Below, one piece after another: positions 27,219-36,061 of a DNA stretch of 64,000 nucleotides. Under the pieces are notes generated by a model. The model was given only the letters and a program-made list of their open reading frames with translations. It ran no database searches and was not told where the DNA came from. The stretch is from sequence record NC_027402.1. The stretch is one strand, 5' to 3'. The translations under genes and the position numbers were made by a program. Numbering within the stretch: the first letter of the stretch is position 1; every line of letters starts with the position of its first letter.

Positions 27219-28586
27219 ATGAAATTGATTGAATTCTACCGTTCGTTTCTGACCTCTCTCGGATACGGATTCGAAGGTGACATGTTGACTATCGATGATG
27301 GTCATCCGGCAATGTTCACCTACAACAAAGTAAAGCGCCGCTTGGTGCTTCCAACTGCAGCGATGATTAAGCGTGGGTTGGAAGACGATGAAGGTAGTGA
27401 ATGTCATGCGTTCCACCCACTGTGTGAATCGGTACTGGCTGGCGAATCTGGAACGATTCGCTTCCTGAAGAAAGCCATCAACGCGAACCTCTTCCTGAAA
27501 AGCTTCGAGCTAATCGATGCGATTTTGGAAACAGCAGCCGAAGGAAAGAATATCCGTCTGGCAGCGTACAAGAAGTTTTTAAGCGATGTGGTTTGTGCTG
27601 ACCTGAAAGATCCGACGATGGATAAGAAACTGGTTCAGAGCTGGCAAGCGGTGAAGAACTATGTTTACGGGTTGCTGGAAGAAGATAAAAAGACAAAGAT
27701 CACCAGTATCTTCATCTCCAGCGATATGACCATTGAAGGTATCAAATATATCCGCGTGGCGAACTACAAACACATGTTTGAAGAAGAGTCACTGGATGGT
27801 ACAGCAACATTCTTCGGTGCCAAGCTCCAGCGTAAGCAGGATAAGGTCATTATCTTTAACCTGCTAACTGCAGTGTTTGGTTGGTATCCTTCGGTTACGG
27901 GTTCTAACGATCCGCGTCCGTACTTCGGTTCTTTGGCACGCGGTTGGGCACAATACGTGACCAACTACAATCAAGTGGTTCGTGGTCTGCGTGACCACAC
28001 TCCACTGCGTCCGTTAGAAGAAGAATGGATTGGCCAACTGGATAACATGAGCGTTTATGATAACGTTATCCAAACTCTGCCGTATAATACCGGCCCACGT
28101 AACGATCAGGCAACAGACACCACCGCAACGGATTTCCGTATCGGGCGTACACCTGCCGGTACAAAGCCGGTCGTTGCTTTAGCTTCTCAACAAGCTCCGC
28201 AGGAAAATCTTGATCTCAACGATCCGGTAAACTATTTCCGTGCGAAGAAAGCGCAACAGGCGTCTTCGGCTAATAGCTTCAATGCGTTAGCACCGAAGAT
28301 TCAGGAAGCGCTGCGTGAGAACAACGGCCATTTACCGAAAGGAACAATTAAAGAACTGTCTCTCGGTGAAGCGCTGCGTGGTAATGCGGTGACGAAAGAA
28401 AGTGGTCTGGGTTCTGGTTTGCTGGGAAGTAGTAATAATCTCTTGGGGGGTAGCACGCAGTTGGGCGGCGGTAGCACCAACCTCTTGGGAGGGAGTAGCG
28501 ACGTGTTAGGTGGTCTGGGTGGTTTAGGTGGCGGAAGTAGCAGCAGTTTAGGCAACCTACCATTCTCATCAGCTAATTTACGTTAA
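27219..28586 (+). CDS. Conserved nucleus-associated core protein (gp32; phiKZ gp70 position)
   Basis: Synteny; long Gly/Ser/Leu low-complexity C-tail. Confidence 0.65.
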   Translation: MKLIEFYRSFLTSLGYGFEGDMLTIDDGHPAMFTYNKVKRRLVLPTAAMIKRGLEDDEGSECHAFHPLCESVLAGESGTIRFLKKAINANLFLKSFELIDAILETAAEGKNIRLAAYKKFLSDVVCADLKDPTMDKKLVQSWQAVKNYVYGLLEEDKKTKITSIFISSDMTIEGIKYIRVANYKHMFEEESLDGTATFFGAKLQRKQDKVIIFNLLTAVFGWYPSVTGSNDPRPYFGSLARGWAQYVTNYNQVVRGLRDHTPLRPLEEEWIGQLDNMSVYDNVIQTLPYNTGPRNDQATDTTATDFRIGRTPAGTKPVVALASQQAPQENLDLNDPVNYFRAKKAQQASSANSFNALAPKIQEALRENNGHLPKGTIKELSLGEALRGNAVTKESGLGSGLLGSSNNLLGGSTQLGGGSTNLLGGSSDVLGGLGGLGGGSSSSLGNLPFSSANLR

Positions 28587-28593
28587 GCGTTAG

Positions 28594-28624
28594 AAAGAAG
28601 GGACTGGGCGTCCCTTCTTTTTTT
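28594..28624. terminator. Bidirectional terminator
   Basis: AAAGAAGGGAC-TGGGC-GTCCCTTCTTT plus Ts between convergent genes. Confidence 0.85.
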
Positions 28625-28947
28625 CAAGATTCTACGATAGTCGATAAGATGTTACTTACCACACCGACACTAGGAACCAATAAGGTTCTTATCTCTGGCG
28701 TGAAATCAAACGGAGTAGAAATTCCGTTCATTAACATCATCGGATAAATAATACTATTATCGTACTGTTTGAGACGACAGTACGCGTAGAAACTGTGTAC
28801 CTCTGGGTAGGCATATTTTGGGTCAACAACTTCTTCTGTAGTATCTGGGTGTTTGCGAAGGAAGTCTGTATAGTCATGCAACACCTTATACTTGGTCGAA
28901 TCAGGCGAAGGTATTATTTCGGATAAGGTAGCAAATTTATCTAGCAT
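28624..28947 (-). CDS. Small virion protein, possibly T4 gp53/LysM-like baseplate wedge (gp33)
   Basis: SD AAGGAG; C-terminal MLMNGISTPFDF..LLVP pattern. Confidence 0.5.
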   Translation of the reverse strand: MLDKFATLSEIIPSPDSTKYKVLHDYTDFLRKHPDTTEEVVDPKYAYPEVHSFYAYCRLKQYDNSIIYPMMLMNGISTPFDFTPEIRTLLVPSVGVVSNILSTIVES

Positions 28948-28968
28948 CGTCTCTCCTTAAAATAAAAC

Positions 28969-28982
28969 AGATAGATATTATC
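28969..28982 (+). promoter_or_regulatory. Putative early promoter
   Basis: AGATAGATATTATC upstream of the nvRNAP beta gene. Confidence 0.7.
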
Positions 28983-29013
28983 TTACCGAGGTAACCAAAA
29001 GGAGCATTTACGA

Positions 29014-31251
29014 ATGAAAACACCAGTCGAACTCATGTCAAGCGTTGCTGACCGTGAGGTGAATATCACTGGCGTATCTGGGGCACGTGCCTCAATGGTG
29101 GGTGGACATATGAAGTCGGCGGTACCACTGGACAATCCAGATCCGACTATCCATTTTACCGGCGCTGATGTGAACTACCACGATTATTGTTTTAACGATA
29201 TCGTGGAAGATAGTGGTACTGTGTGCAGTTACACAACCAAAGAAGGTGTTACTCGTGCAGCTGTTTTTGCACGCTATGGTCGTGAAGGGGATCACGAACC
29301 GCTCCAGCATGTTATCTTCTTCACGCGCGCAGATTTAACCAACCAGCGCAAAGTGATGATTGATGTAATCGATATTAAGTATTACACCAACCACGATAAC
29401 ATTTTCTCGTCTAAGAAAGAGGCTACTGGGAAACTTCAGGCGTTGCTGCGCGGACAGACGCAGCACCTGGAAAAAGATGAAATGCTTACCGTACTGCCGG
29501 CACAGAAAGACGGTGAGTTTGTCGATGGGGTCAACCTGCACACTGTGACAATGTCGCACCCGGACATTATCGAGGACTCGTACACCATCTCCGAAACTGC
29601 AGCGAAAGCGATGCACGCTTATGGTTTGCGTGCAATCGACTTTACCTTGCGCGACGACGAGTACCTGCTTGATACGTATGGGACAACGGGTATTGATGGC
29701 GTTCGTCGACCACAGTACCTGCCCAATAAAGGACAGGCAATTCGCGATGATGGGTTGGTTATAGCCGCGCGTCGTTTCGATAAGTTGTGGGCGGCTATTG
29801 ACTCACACGTGGGCGAAACACAACATATCTCTCCGCACTTCGACCGCTGTGAGTATGTTGACGCTGACCCTGAGCATTACAAAGCTCGTCAGGCCGGCGA
29901 CTTTGAAAAGATGGAACGTACCGGTTCTCGTGTCGTTGATATTCAGGTATGGCGGGACGAAACCAAATGCGATCGTGGTGTTAACAATATCGCATGTACC
30001 GAAGAGAACAAACGCGAGTTAGATCACTACGCGAACGCTTTGAAACGTTTTTACAATGATATCGTGCGGTTCTATTTTGCGATGTCCAAAGACAAGAACA
30101 TTGTCTGGTCACCGAAAGCGTTTGAGATTCTTGACAAGGCGTTCTGTTCTGAGACGTATGAAGTCTATAACGACTTCCGTGAAGAGATTGGTCGTGAATA
30201 CGATGAAGCCATGCGCAAAGGCGAGTATAACCGTTCTGCTGATAAGAACGTGTTAAACAAACTGGCGCAGCCGGTTCAGCGTGGTCTCTGGGACCCAATT
30301 GGTAGTTACACGATACGCATCGTGGTACGTTATCCAATCCCAGTTACCGTCTCATCGAAAATCACCGACCGTTCAGGTACAAAAGGTATCGTGGGCGCAG
30401 TGCGGCCTGATGAAGAAATGCCGATTAACGAGTTCGGAGAACGTGTGCATGTCATTCGTTCCATGAACGCCGTAATTCGTCGTTCGACTTATGCTGCGCT
30501 GTTCCACATGTATTGGTCTGCTGCATCCGAGCAGTTGAAGATGCGGTTGAAACCATTACTTGCCGCCAACCAGGTTGACGAAGCCTGGGAAATCCTGATG
30601 GACTATATCGATCGCTATAACCCACGCTGGACATTCTATCTCAATGCCAGTCACCCGGATACTGGGTCACGTCTGGAACTCTTTAAAGAGATTTACGACT
30701 TCACGATTCGTATCTGGCTTCCCCACGAATTGAATGCTACCCAGGTAGAAATCTGCCGTGCTCTAGGCGAGTATGCACCACGCAAGTCTAAGCTACTGAT
30801 TACTAACTATCAGGGTGAGAAAGAGTGGACGAAGAACCAGTTCTACGTCGGCATGGTAGAGACTCTGCGCCTGGATAAAACCGGTCGTGAGTTCTCCAGT
30901 ATCTCGTCGATGTACACGAACTATTTGGGTTGTATTGATGCATCCAACCAAGGACGTGGTTCATATCCGATTAACCTGAAAGGGTTGAAGTGGGGTGGTC
31001 CTTCCGAGCAGCGTCTTACCGACGGCTTTGGTCCAGGCAACTTCCCCGAAACTCATGACCGCGCTAATAACCCTGCGGTACACCGTGCGATCGTAACGGG
31101 GCTGTATAACTCGCCAACACCAACCAATCCAGGGGTGCTGGTCGATCGTAAGAAACTACCAATGGGTGATTCGCAGATTGACAGGATGATACGCAACATC
31201 CATCGCTGTGAAGGTTTTGAATTAGTGCGTCCAATTCGGGAGGATAAATAA
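29014..31251 (+). CDS. nvRNAP beta C-terminal subunit (gp34; phiKZ gp71-73-like)
   Basis: KITDRSGTKGIV (beta GDK..RHGQKG motif), GGHMKSAVPL; uninterrupted ORF. Confidence 0.85.
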   Translation: MKTPVELMSSVADREVNITGVSGARASMVGGHMKSAVPLDNPDPTIHFTGADVNYHDYCFNDIVEDSGTVCSYTTKEGVTRAAVFARYGREGDHEPLQHVIFFTRADLTNQRKVMIDVIDIKYYTNHDNIFSSKKEATGKLQALLRGQTQHLEKDEMLTVLPAQKDGEFVDGVNLHTVTMSHPDIIEDSYTISETAAKAMHAYGLRAIDFTLRDDEYLLDTYGTTGIDGVRRPQYLPNKGQAIRDDGLVIAARRFDKLWAAIDSHVGETQHISPHFDRCEYVDADPEHYKARQAGDFEKMERTGSRVVDIQVWRDETKCDRGVNNIACTEENKRELDHYANALKRFYNDIVRFYFAMSKDKNIVWSPKAFEILDKAFCSETYEVYNDFREEIGREYDEAMRKGEYNRSADKNVLNKLAQPVQRGLWDPIGSYTIRIVVRYPIPVTVSSKITDRSGTKGIVGAVRPDEEMPINEFGERVHVIRSMNAVIRRSTYAALFHMYWSAASEQLKMRLKPLLAANQVDEAWEILMDYIDRYNPRWTFYLNASHPDTGSRLELFKEIYDFTIRIWLPHELNATQVEICRALGEYAPRKSKLLITNYQGEKEWTKNQFYVGMVETLRLDKTGREFSSISSMYTNYLGCIDASNQGRGSYPINLKGLKWGGPSEQRLTDGFGPGNFPETHDRANNPAVHRAIVTGLYNSPTPTNPGVLVDRKKLPMGDSQIDRMIRNIHRCEGFELVRPIREDK

Positions 31252-33356
31252 TGGCGGGTCGTTCTGTACACGTACGTGATTTGCGTATGCTTAACTCTGA
31301 TCAGGTGTGGAAACTACGCGGGCGTTATTACGTGACTTTCGACGATGGTAAGTCGTTGGAAATGTCTAGTCGCCACATCAAACTCAGCTGGCCGTATTGG
31401 GGTGTGTCGCGTCTGTATCCGCAGGTGCCCACTCCATCGACCATGGCGTATCGTCCAGGTCAGGTAGCAACAGATGACCTGCATCTGGACTTTATGTCGG
31501 AAGCAGCGGTACTGGCCCGTAAAGCAGGCGTCGACCTTGCTGAAACGCGTTATATCCTGAGTCAACATGTCTATGCCGATGCGTTCAACATGACAGTGAA
31601 GAACTTGCTGTCCTATTGTACGACAATCGACTTTGATACGATGATGGAGATCTACGACCATCCGAACTTCGAACTCATCCGTCAGTGGGAAGTGCAATAT
31701 CCTACTGGCTACGATGAAGATGGTCGGGATATGGTTGAAGAAGCGTACAAGCTTATCGAGAAAATCTTCAAAGACCCTGCGCTACGGTATAACCCGGTCG
31801 TGATGTCGGTACTGGACGGTACTGTGAAGATGAACCAGGTACTGCAAGCCTTCGTGCGTGGTAAAACGTCAGAAATTGACTCACGTGTATACACCAATCA
31901 GGTGTGGGAAGGCTTCTTTACCGGAATGCATTCGGTTATTTCGCGTTTGAAAGAATCTGGTGCAACTTCACGTTCCCACCTGTACAACACTGACAAGATT
32001 GCCGAAGCAGAATACGCCTCACGTAAACTGCAGCTGGCAGCAAACGTACTGATGTATTTCACGTACGACGACTGCGGTACAACTCACGCACACCGCTACA
32101 CGTTTAAGGATACGCAGCTGGATGAGCGTGCCTATAAAGCGATGGTGGGGATGCGTTATCGTTTAGAAGGCGATAATGGTCCGTGGTTGAGATTTGAGAA
32201 AGGCGGATACGCAGACCTGGTTGGCAAACCGCTGGTCTTCCGTAGTGCCATGACCTGTAAAGAGATGGCGAATCAGTCCATCTGTGCGACTTGTATGGGG
32301 GATTTGATTTATAACCTCTCTGAAGGTACGTCACCGGGTCACCTGGCATCCACGTCCATCTCGGAAAAGGGTACACAGGGAATTCTCTCCACCAAGCACC
32401 TTGACTTCTTGCGTTATCTGCTCAACCTGGTACTCACCCCACGTATGCGTGAGTATATGACCGAATACAAACATAACTCTCTGAAAGGGTTGTGCTTGCT
32501 GCCAAAACCACAGCGTGGGAATTGGTCAGAATACGAGTTGGTTGTTACCGACAAAGTTTATTCGGAGCTGAGCCAGATTGCGTATCATGAAGATCTCGAT
32601 GCGATTGATGAAACGGCATTACCAGAAATCACCGACTTAACTTTCCAACGTCGTTTAGAAGATGGGCAGATAATCGCTGCGGACTCTATCGATGTGCGAA
32701 TGGGTGTTTGTGGGAACTTCTCTAAACCGTTCCTGCACTACTTCTTGAAACAACGAGCGAACATTCGTATCGAGAAGAAGACGGTAGAAATCCCCTTAAA
32801 AGGATGGAACCCGAAACACCCGGTCCTGGTCTACACCAACCGTTCTGAATCGATGGCAGAGTTCGTAGCCGGCTTAGAAACCAAGCTCCGTTCGATTGCT
32901 GCCGATAAGAACGAAGACATTGTGGAAATCATCAACACGGCATCGACTGTGAAGCTGAACAAGAAACAAGGTCGTGTGAAACCAGTGACGTTGGTTGAAA
33001 TGGGTGGCGCTACAGAGAAACAGTGTACTTATGCGTTGATGGACACGTTTAAGTATATCCAGCGCAAGCTGAGTGGTATACCGATGACGCACATTGCGAT
33101 TATGTTGGCGATATCTCGTGTAGAGTCACCAACCAATCCGTTCCCGGCAGTAGGATTTGACAGTGAGGATTCTACTAATGCCACCGGGAAACGGTTTGTC
33201 GATCACAACACGCTCATTAGTTTGCGCTCGGCAATTCCGATGTTGTTGTTTGAAGGACAGCAGGGGAATATCGATCGCGTTGGTTTTTATACCGAGTACA
33301 AAATCCCGGCATCGTTGTACGATGACCTAGGAGCCGCTGTGGTAATTGAGTTGTAA
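31251..33356 (+). CDS. nvRNAP beta' C-terminal subunit (gp35; phiKZ gp74-like)
   Basis: DDCGT, FRSAMTC..ICATCMG zinc site, TQGILSTKH trigger-loop-like motif. Confidence 0.85.
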   Translation: MAGRSVHVRDLRMLNSDQVWKLRGRYYVTFDDGKSLEMSSRHIKLSWPYWGVSRLYPQVPTPSTMAYRPGQVATDDLHLDFMSEAAVLARKAGVDLAETRYILSQHVYADAFNMTVKNLLSYCTTIDFDTMMEIYDHPNFELIRQWEVQYPTGYDEDGRDMVEEAYKLIEKIFKDPALRYNPVVMSVLDGTVKMNQVLQAFVRGKTSEIDSRVYTNQVWEGFFTGMHSVISRLKESGATSRSHLYNTDKIAEAEYASRKLQLAANVLMYFTYDDCGTTHAHRYTFKDTQLDERAYKAMVGMRYRLEGDNGPWLRFEKGGYADLVGKPLVFRSAMTCKEMANQSICATCMGDLIYNLSEGTSPGHLASTSISEKGTQGILSTKHLDFLRYLLNLVLTPRMREYMTEYKHNSLKGLCLLPKPQRGNWSEYELVVTDKVYSELSQIAYHEDLDAIDETALPEITDLTFQRRLEDGQIIAADSIDVRMGVCGNFSKPFLHYFLKQRANIRIEKKTVEIPLKGWNPKHPVLVYTNRSESMAEFVAGLETKLRSIAADKNEDIVEIINTASTVKLNKKQGRVKPVTLVEMGGATEKQCTYALMDTFKYIQRKLSGIPMTHIAIMLAISRVESPTNPFPAVGFDSEDSTNATGKRFVDHNTLISLRSAIPMLLFEGQQGNIDRVGFYTEYKIPASLYDDLGAAVVIEL

Positions 33357-33359
33357 ACC

Positions 33360-33385
33360 GAGGGGCCTTGCGCCCCTCTTTTTTT
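33360..33385 (+). terminator. Rho-independent terminator
   Basis: GAGGGGC-CTTGC-GCCCCTC plus T7. Confidence 0.85.
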
Positions 33386-33402
33386 GTGCGAAGAGGGGCA
33401 GC

Positions 33403-35109
33403 ATGGTAGAAATTCAAATGACTTACACGAGTATGGGGGTACGGGTTGAAGTCCCTATCCGCCAGGCTGAAAGGGCCATACTCGCGTGGGCCGAAGAGAA
33501 TATGCACGCCCCAAAGATGGGCAAGCAACATGGACGAATAACTACGGAACGCGGTGACGCGTACTACGCCCACATTCCGTCTTTAAGGACGTTCATTTTC
33601 CATAAAGTGTTCGCTGAGAAGATTAAACATATCCTCCAACGAGCAGCAATTGAATATGCTTTTCAGTACAAGCTGACAGAGCACCATCCTGTACGAGGAA
33701 CACCTTATAAGTGCACGTTTGATAATTACGGATTCGACCTCGAGGTCACCGATCCTAACTCACGTTTCTATTATCAGAACGAAGTTAGCGAAGCGGCGAT
33801 GACTCCAGGTCGACAACAGACGATATTTGCCATCCAGACCGGAGCCGGGAAATCTAAGAGCTTCATGAAAGTGGTTGTTAAGAAGGGCGTTAGGACAGGT
33901 CTTATCATTCGACCGACCTATGTTCCGAAGTGGATATTCGATACCACTGATGACCCGACAGGCTTAAGGGAATCTCGCGATGGCGTGCTGGTTTGTACCG
34001 GCGTACAGGCCATCTACGAGGCCCTGGAGATGGGTAAATCGGGTGAGTTGGATAGACGCGGGATTAAGCTGATAATCCTCCCTACGGTGACGCTACAACG
34101 TTTCTTGAAGGAGTATATCAACACAGCTGCAACTAACCCAGTGGACCTGGATACGTTTTACGACGTGCTGGGTATCGGGTTGTTGGGAATGGATGAGGTA
34201 CATGAGCATTTCCACCTGGTCTATATGGCAGGTGTGATGCTTAACCCGCCGCCAAGTATTGAAATGTCGGCAACGTTAACTCCTGGCTCCAGTAAAGCGT
34301 TTATCGCCGAACGGTACATGGAGCGTTTCCCAATGGAGTGCCGTATCAGTATCCCTATCGTTCCGGTAGTTGACGTGAAAGCGTTGTACTATCGACTGGA
34401 TGATAAGAAGTTTGCGTGGTGGGCGTCGAAGATGACGCCGTATAACCACAAACTCTTCGAAGGGAAGCTGATTAAAGAGAACTTGCATTTAGAATACGCG
34501 AACATGATCTGGGATGTGGTTGAGAAATCGTTCCTTAAACGGTATCAACCTGGCCAAAAATGTTTGATACTCTTTGCTACGGTAGCGATGTGTGAGTTCT
34601 TTACCGAGTATGTGAAAGATAAGTTATCGCGTGACCCTGTATTCCATCCGTTGATGGTGGCGAAATATAATGCAGGCGATTCGTATGACGACTTTATCCA
34701 AGCAGACTTCTCTATCTCCACACCGGGGAAAGCGGGGACTGCGGTCGATAAACCTGGGTTGGTACACATGTACATTTCAACCCCGGTAGAAGACCAGCAA
34801 CTGAACGAACAGATGGCCGGTCGTCCACGTAAGATTCTCCACAACGAATGGGGTGAAATAGACCCAACGGTGTGGTTATTCCATGCGTATAACGTACCGA
34901 AGCATTGCAATTACCTGAATGCCCGCCAGAAATCACTCAAGGATGTCGTATTGTCGTTCCGTATCGCGACATCCCCCTACGTTGTAAGGAAATCACATGC
35001 TCACTCCGCCGCGTCCAGCAGAGCCGCTGCCACCCTACATCGGAATGACTTTAGCAAGTTTTCTCGAAAACATTCTAAAGGCGTATCCCGGCGTAGAAGA
35101 CGTCGCTAA
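33403..35109 (+). CDS. Superfamily 2 DExH helicase (gp36; phiKZ gp75-like)
   Basis: Walker A QTGAGKS, DEVH, SAT, QMAGRPR; start placed at the ATG after the terminator. Confidence 0.9.
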   Translation: MVEIQMTYTSMGVRVEVPIRQAERAILAWAEENMHAPKMGKQHGRITTERGDAYYAHIPSLRTFIFHKVFAEKIKHILQRAAIEYAFQYKLTEHHPVRGTPYKCTFDNYGFDLEVTDPNSRFYYQNEVSEAAMTPGRQQTIFAIQTGAGKSKSFMKVVVKKGVRTGLIIRPTYVPKWIFDTTDDPTGLRESRDGVLVCTGVQAIYEALEMGKSGELDRRGIKLIILPTVTLQRFLKEYINTAATNPVDLDTFYDVLGIGLLGMDEVHEHFHLVYMAGVMLNPPPSIEMSATLTPGSSKAFIAERYMERFPMECRISIPIVPVVDVKALYYRLDDKKFAWWASKMTPYNHKLFEGKLIKENLHLEYANMIWDVVEKSFLKRYQPGQKCLILFATVAMCEFFTEYVKDKLSRDPVFHPLMVAKYNAGDSYDDFIQADFSISTPGKAGTAVDKPGLVHMYISTPVEDQQLNEQMAGRPRKILHNEWGEIDPTVWLFHAYNVPKHCNYLNARQKSLKDVVLSFRIATSPYVVRKSHAHSAASSRAAATLHRNDFSKFSRKHSKGVSRRRRRR

Positions 35110-35380
35110 GAAACTCTGCACCGACGCCACTATCAACCAGGCGTTTCACTACTACATGGTCACTGAACATTACAGCGGCCTGTTCCTTAACCAACGCGGG
35201 TTGACGTACTACGTCACCCGCACGTCAAGTATCCGTAACACTTCGTCGTACGAGTTATATACGTACGTGTTGTGGAACGAGAACCCGGCCGGTAGCGTCG
35301 ATCAGAATCCAAAGATGGCTTATCGGCTTTACTCTGAAAAATGGCACGATTGGGTGACTGTTCCACACGATGCAAGTTAA
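34997..35380 (+). CDS. Hypothetical protein (gp37)
   Basis: SD AAGGA; overlaps the helicase tail by 113 nt. Confidence 0.75.
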   Translation: MLTPPRPAEPLPPYIGMTLASFLENILKAYPGVEDVAKKLCTDATINQAFHYYMVTEHYSGLFLNQRGLTYYVTRTSSIRNTSSYELYTYVLWNENPAGSVDQNPKMAYRLYSEKWHDWVTVPHDAS

Positions 35381-35387
35381 TCACGTT

Positions 35388-35414
35388 TTGGGTGTATATT
35401 GTGTATACACCCAA
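35388..35414. repeat. Perfect 11-bp inverted repeat
   Basis: TTGGGTGTATA-TTGTG-TATACACCCAA, no U-tract. Confidence 0.9.
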
Positions 35415-35440
35415 CCCCTAATTTCAAAAGGATTATTACG

Positions 35441-36061
35441 ATGAGTCGTCGCAAAAAGAAACCCGCTTATAACCCACGTAAAGACGCACGCGATTTCGTC
35501 AAGGCGATGATGCAGTCTGTGTTGAAAAAACAAGCTGTGTTTATCGAAAGTACCGAATTCCTGTCAGGCAAAATTGATCGGGAGCGTGAAGTAACTGAAG
35601 CCATTGCGCACGAAGAGCTGAAAGCTTTCACGTTGAAAGCGCTGGATGAAGCACAAGCGGCATTCCTCGGCATGTGCCAACAAGGCAAAGAGCTGTTCGG
35701 TAAACTGATTGTTGAGGCGGATGCTAAGGCTGTGCCGGTGTTTGACATGCTGAACGATAACAGCAAAACGTGGAAAGAAATCAAAGACCAGTTCCACGTC
35801 GACCACACCGAACTGTCCCTGATTGACCAGCGGGCGAATATGCTCGCGATGGATATCCAGGGCACTAGTATCGAAATCTTCTCCACGTATAACGCGAAAG
35901 TGAAGTTCGTGAAGCAGGCGCTGAATAACGGTCATACCGTGGAACAAGCCGAAGTTCTGTTGGCCGAAGCTTTGGCTAATAATTCGAAAGAACTCCCTAA
36001 AAACGCCATCGTCGATCACAACGACGTTGTAGTAGAAACCGAGGAAGCGGCTAATGTCTGA
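35441..36061 (+). CDS. Hypothetical helical protein with basic N-terminus (gp38)
   Basis: SD AAGGA before the ATG at 35441 (MSRRKKKPAY). Confidence 0.8.
   Translation: MSRRKKKPAYNPRKDARDFVKAMMQSVLKKQAVFIESTEFLSGKIDREREVTEAIAHEELKAFTLKALDEAQAAFLGMCQQGKELFGKLIVEADAKAVPVFDMLNDNSKTWKEIKDQFHVDHTELSLIDQRANMLAMDIQGTSIEIFSTYNAKVKFVKQALNNGHTVEQAEVLLAEALANNSKELPKNAIVDHNDVVVETEEAANV

Noticed and set aside
29014-31251. Intron or homing endonuclease in nvRNAP beta, as in phiKZ
   Set aside because: The ORF is continuous with no insertion or HNH/LAGLIDADG motif.
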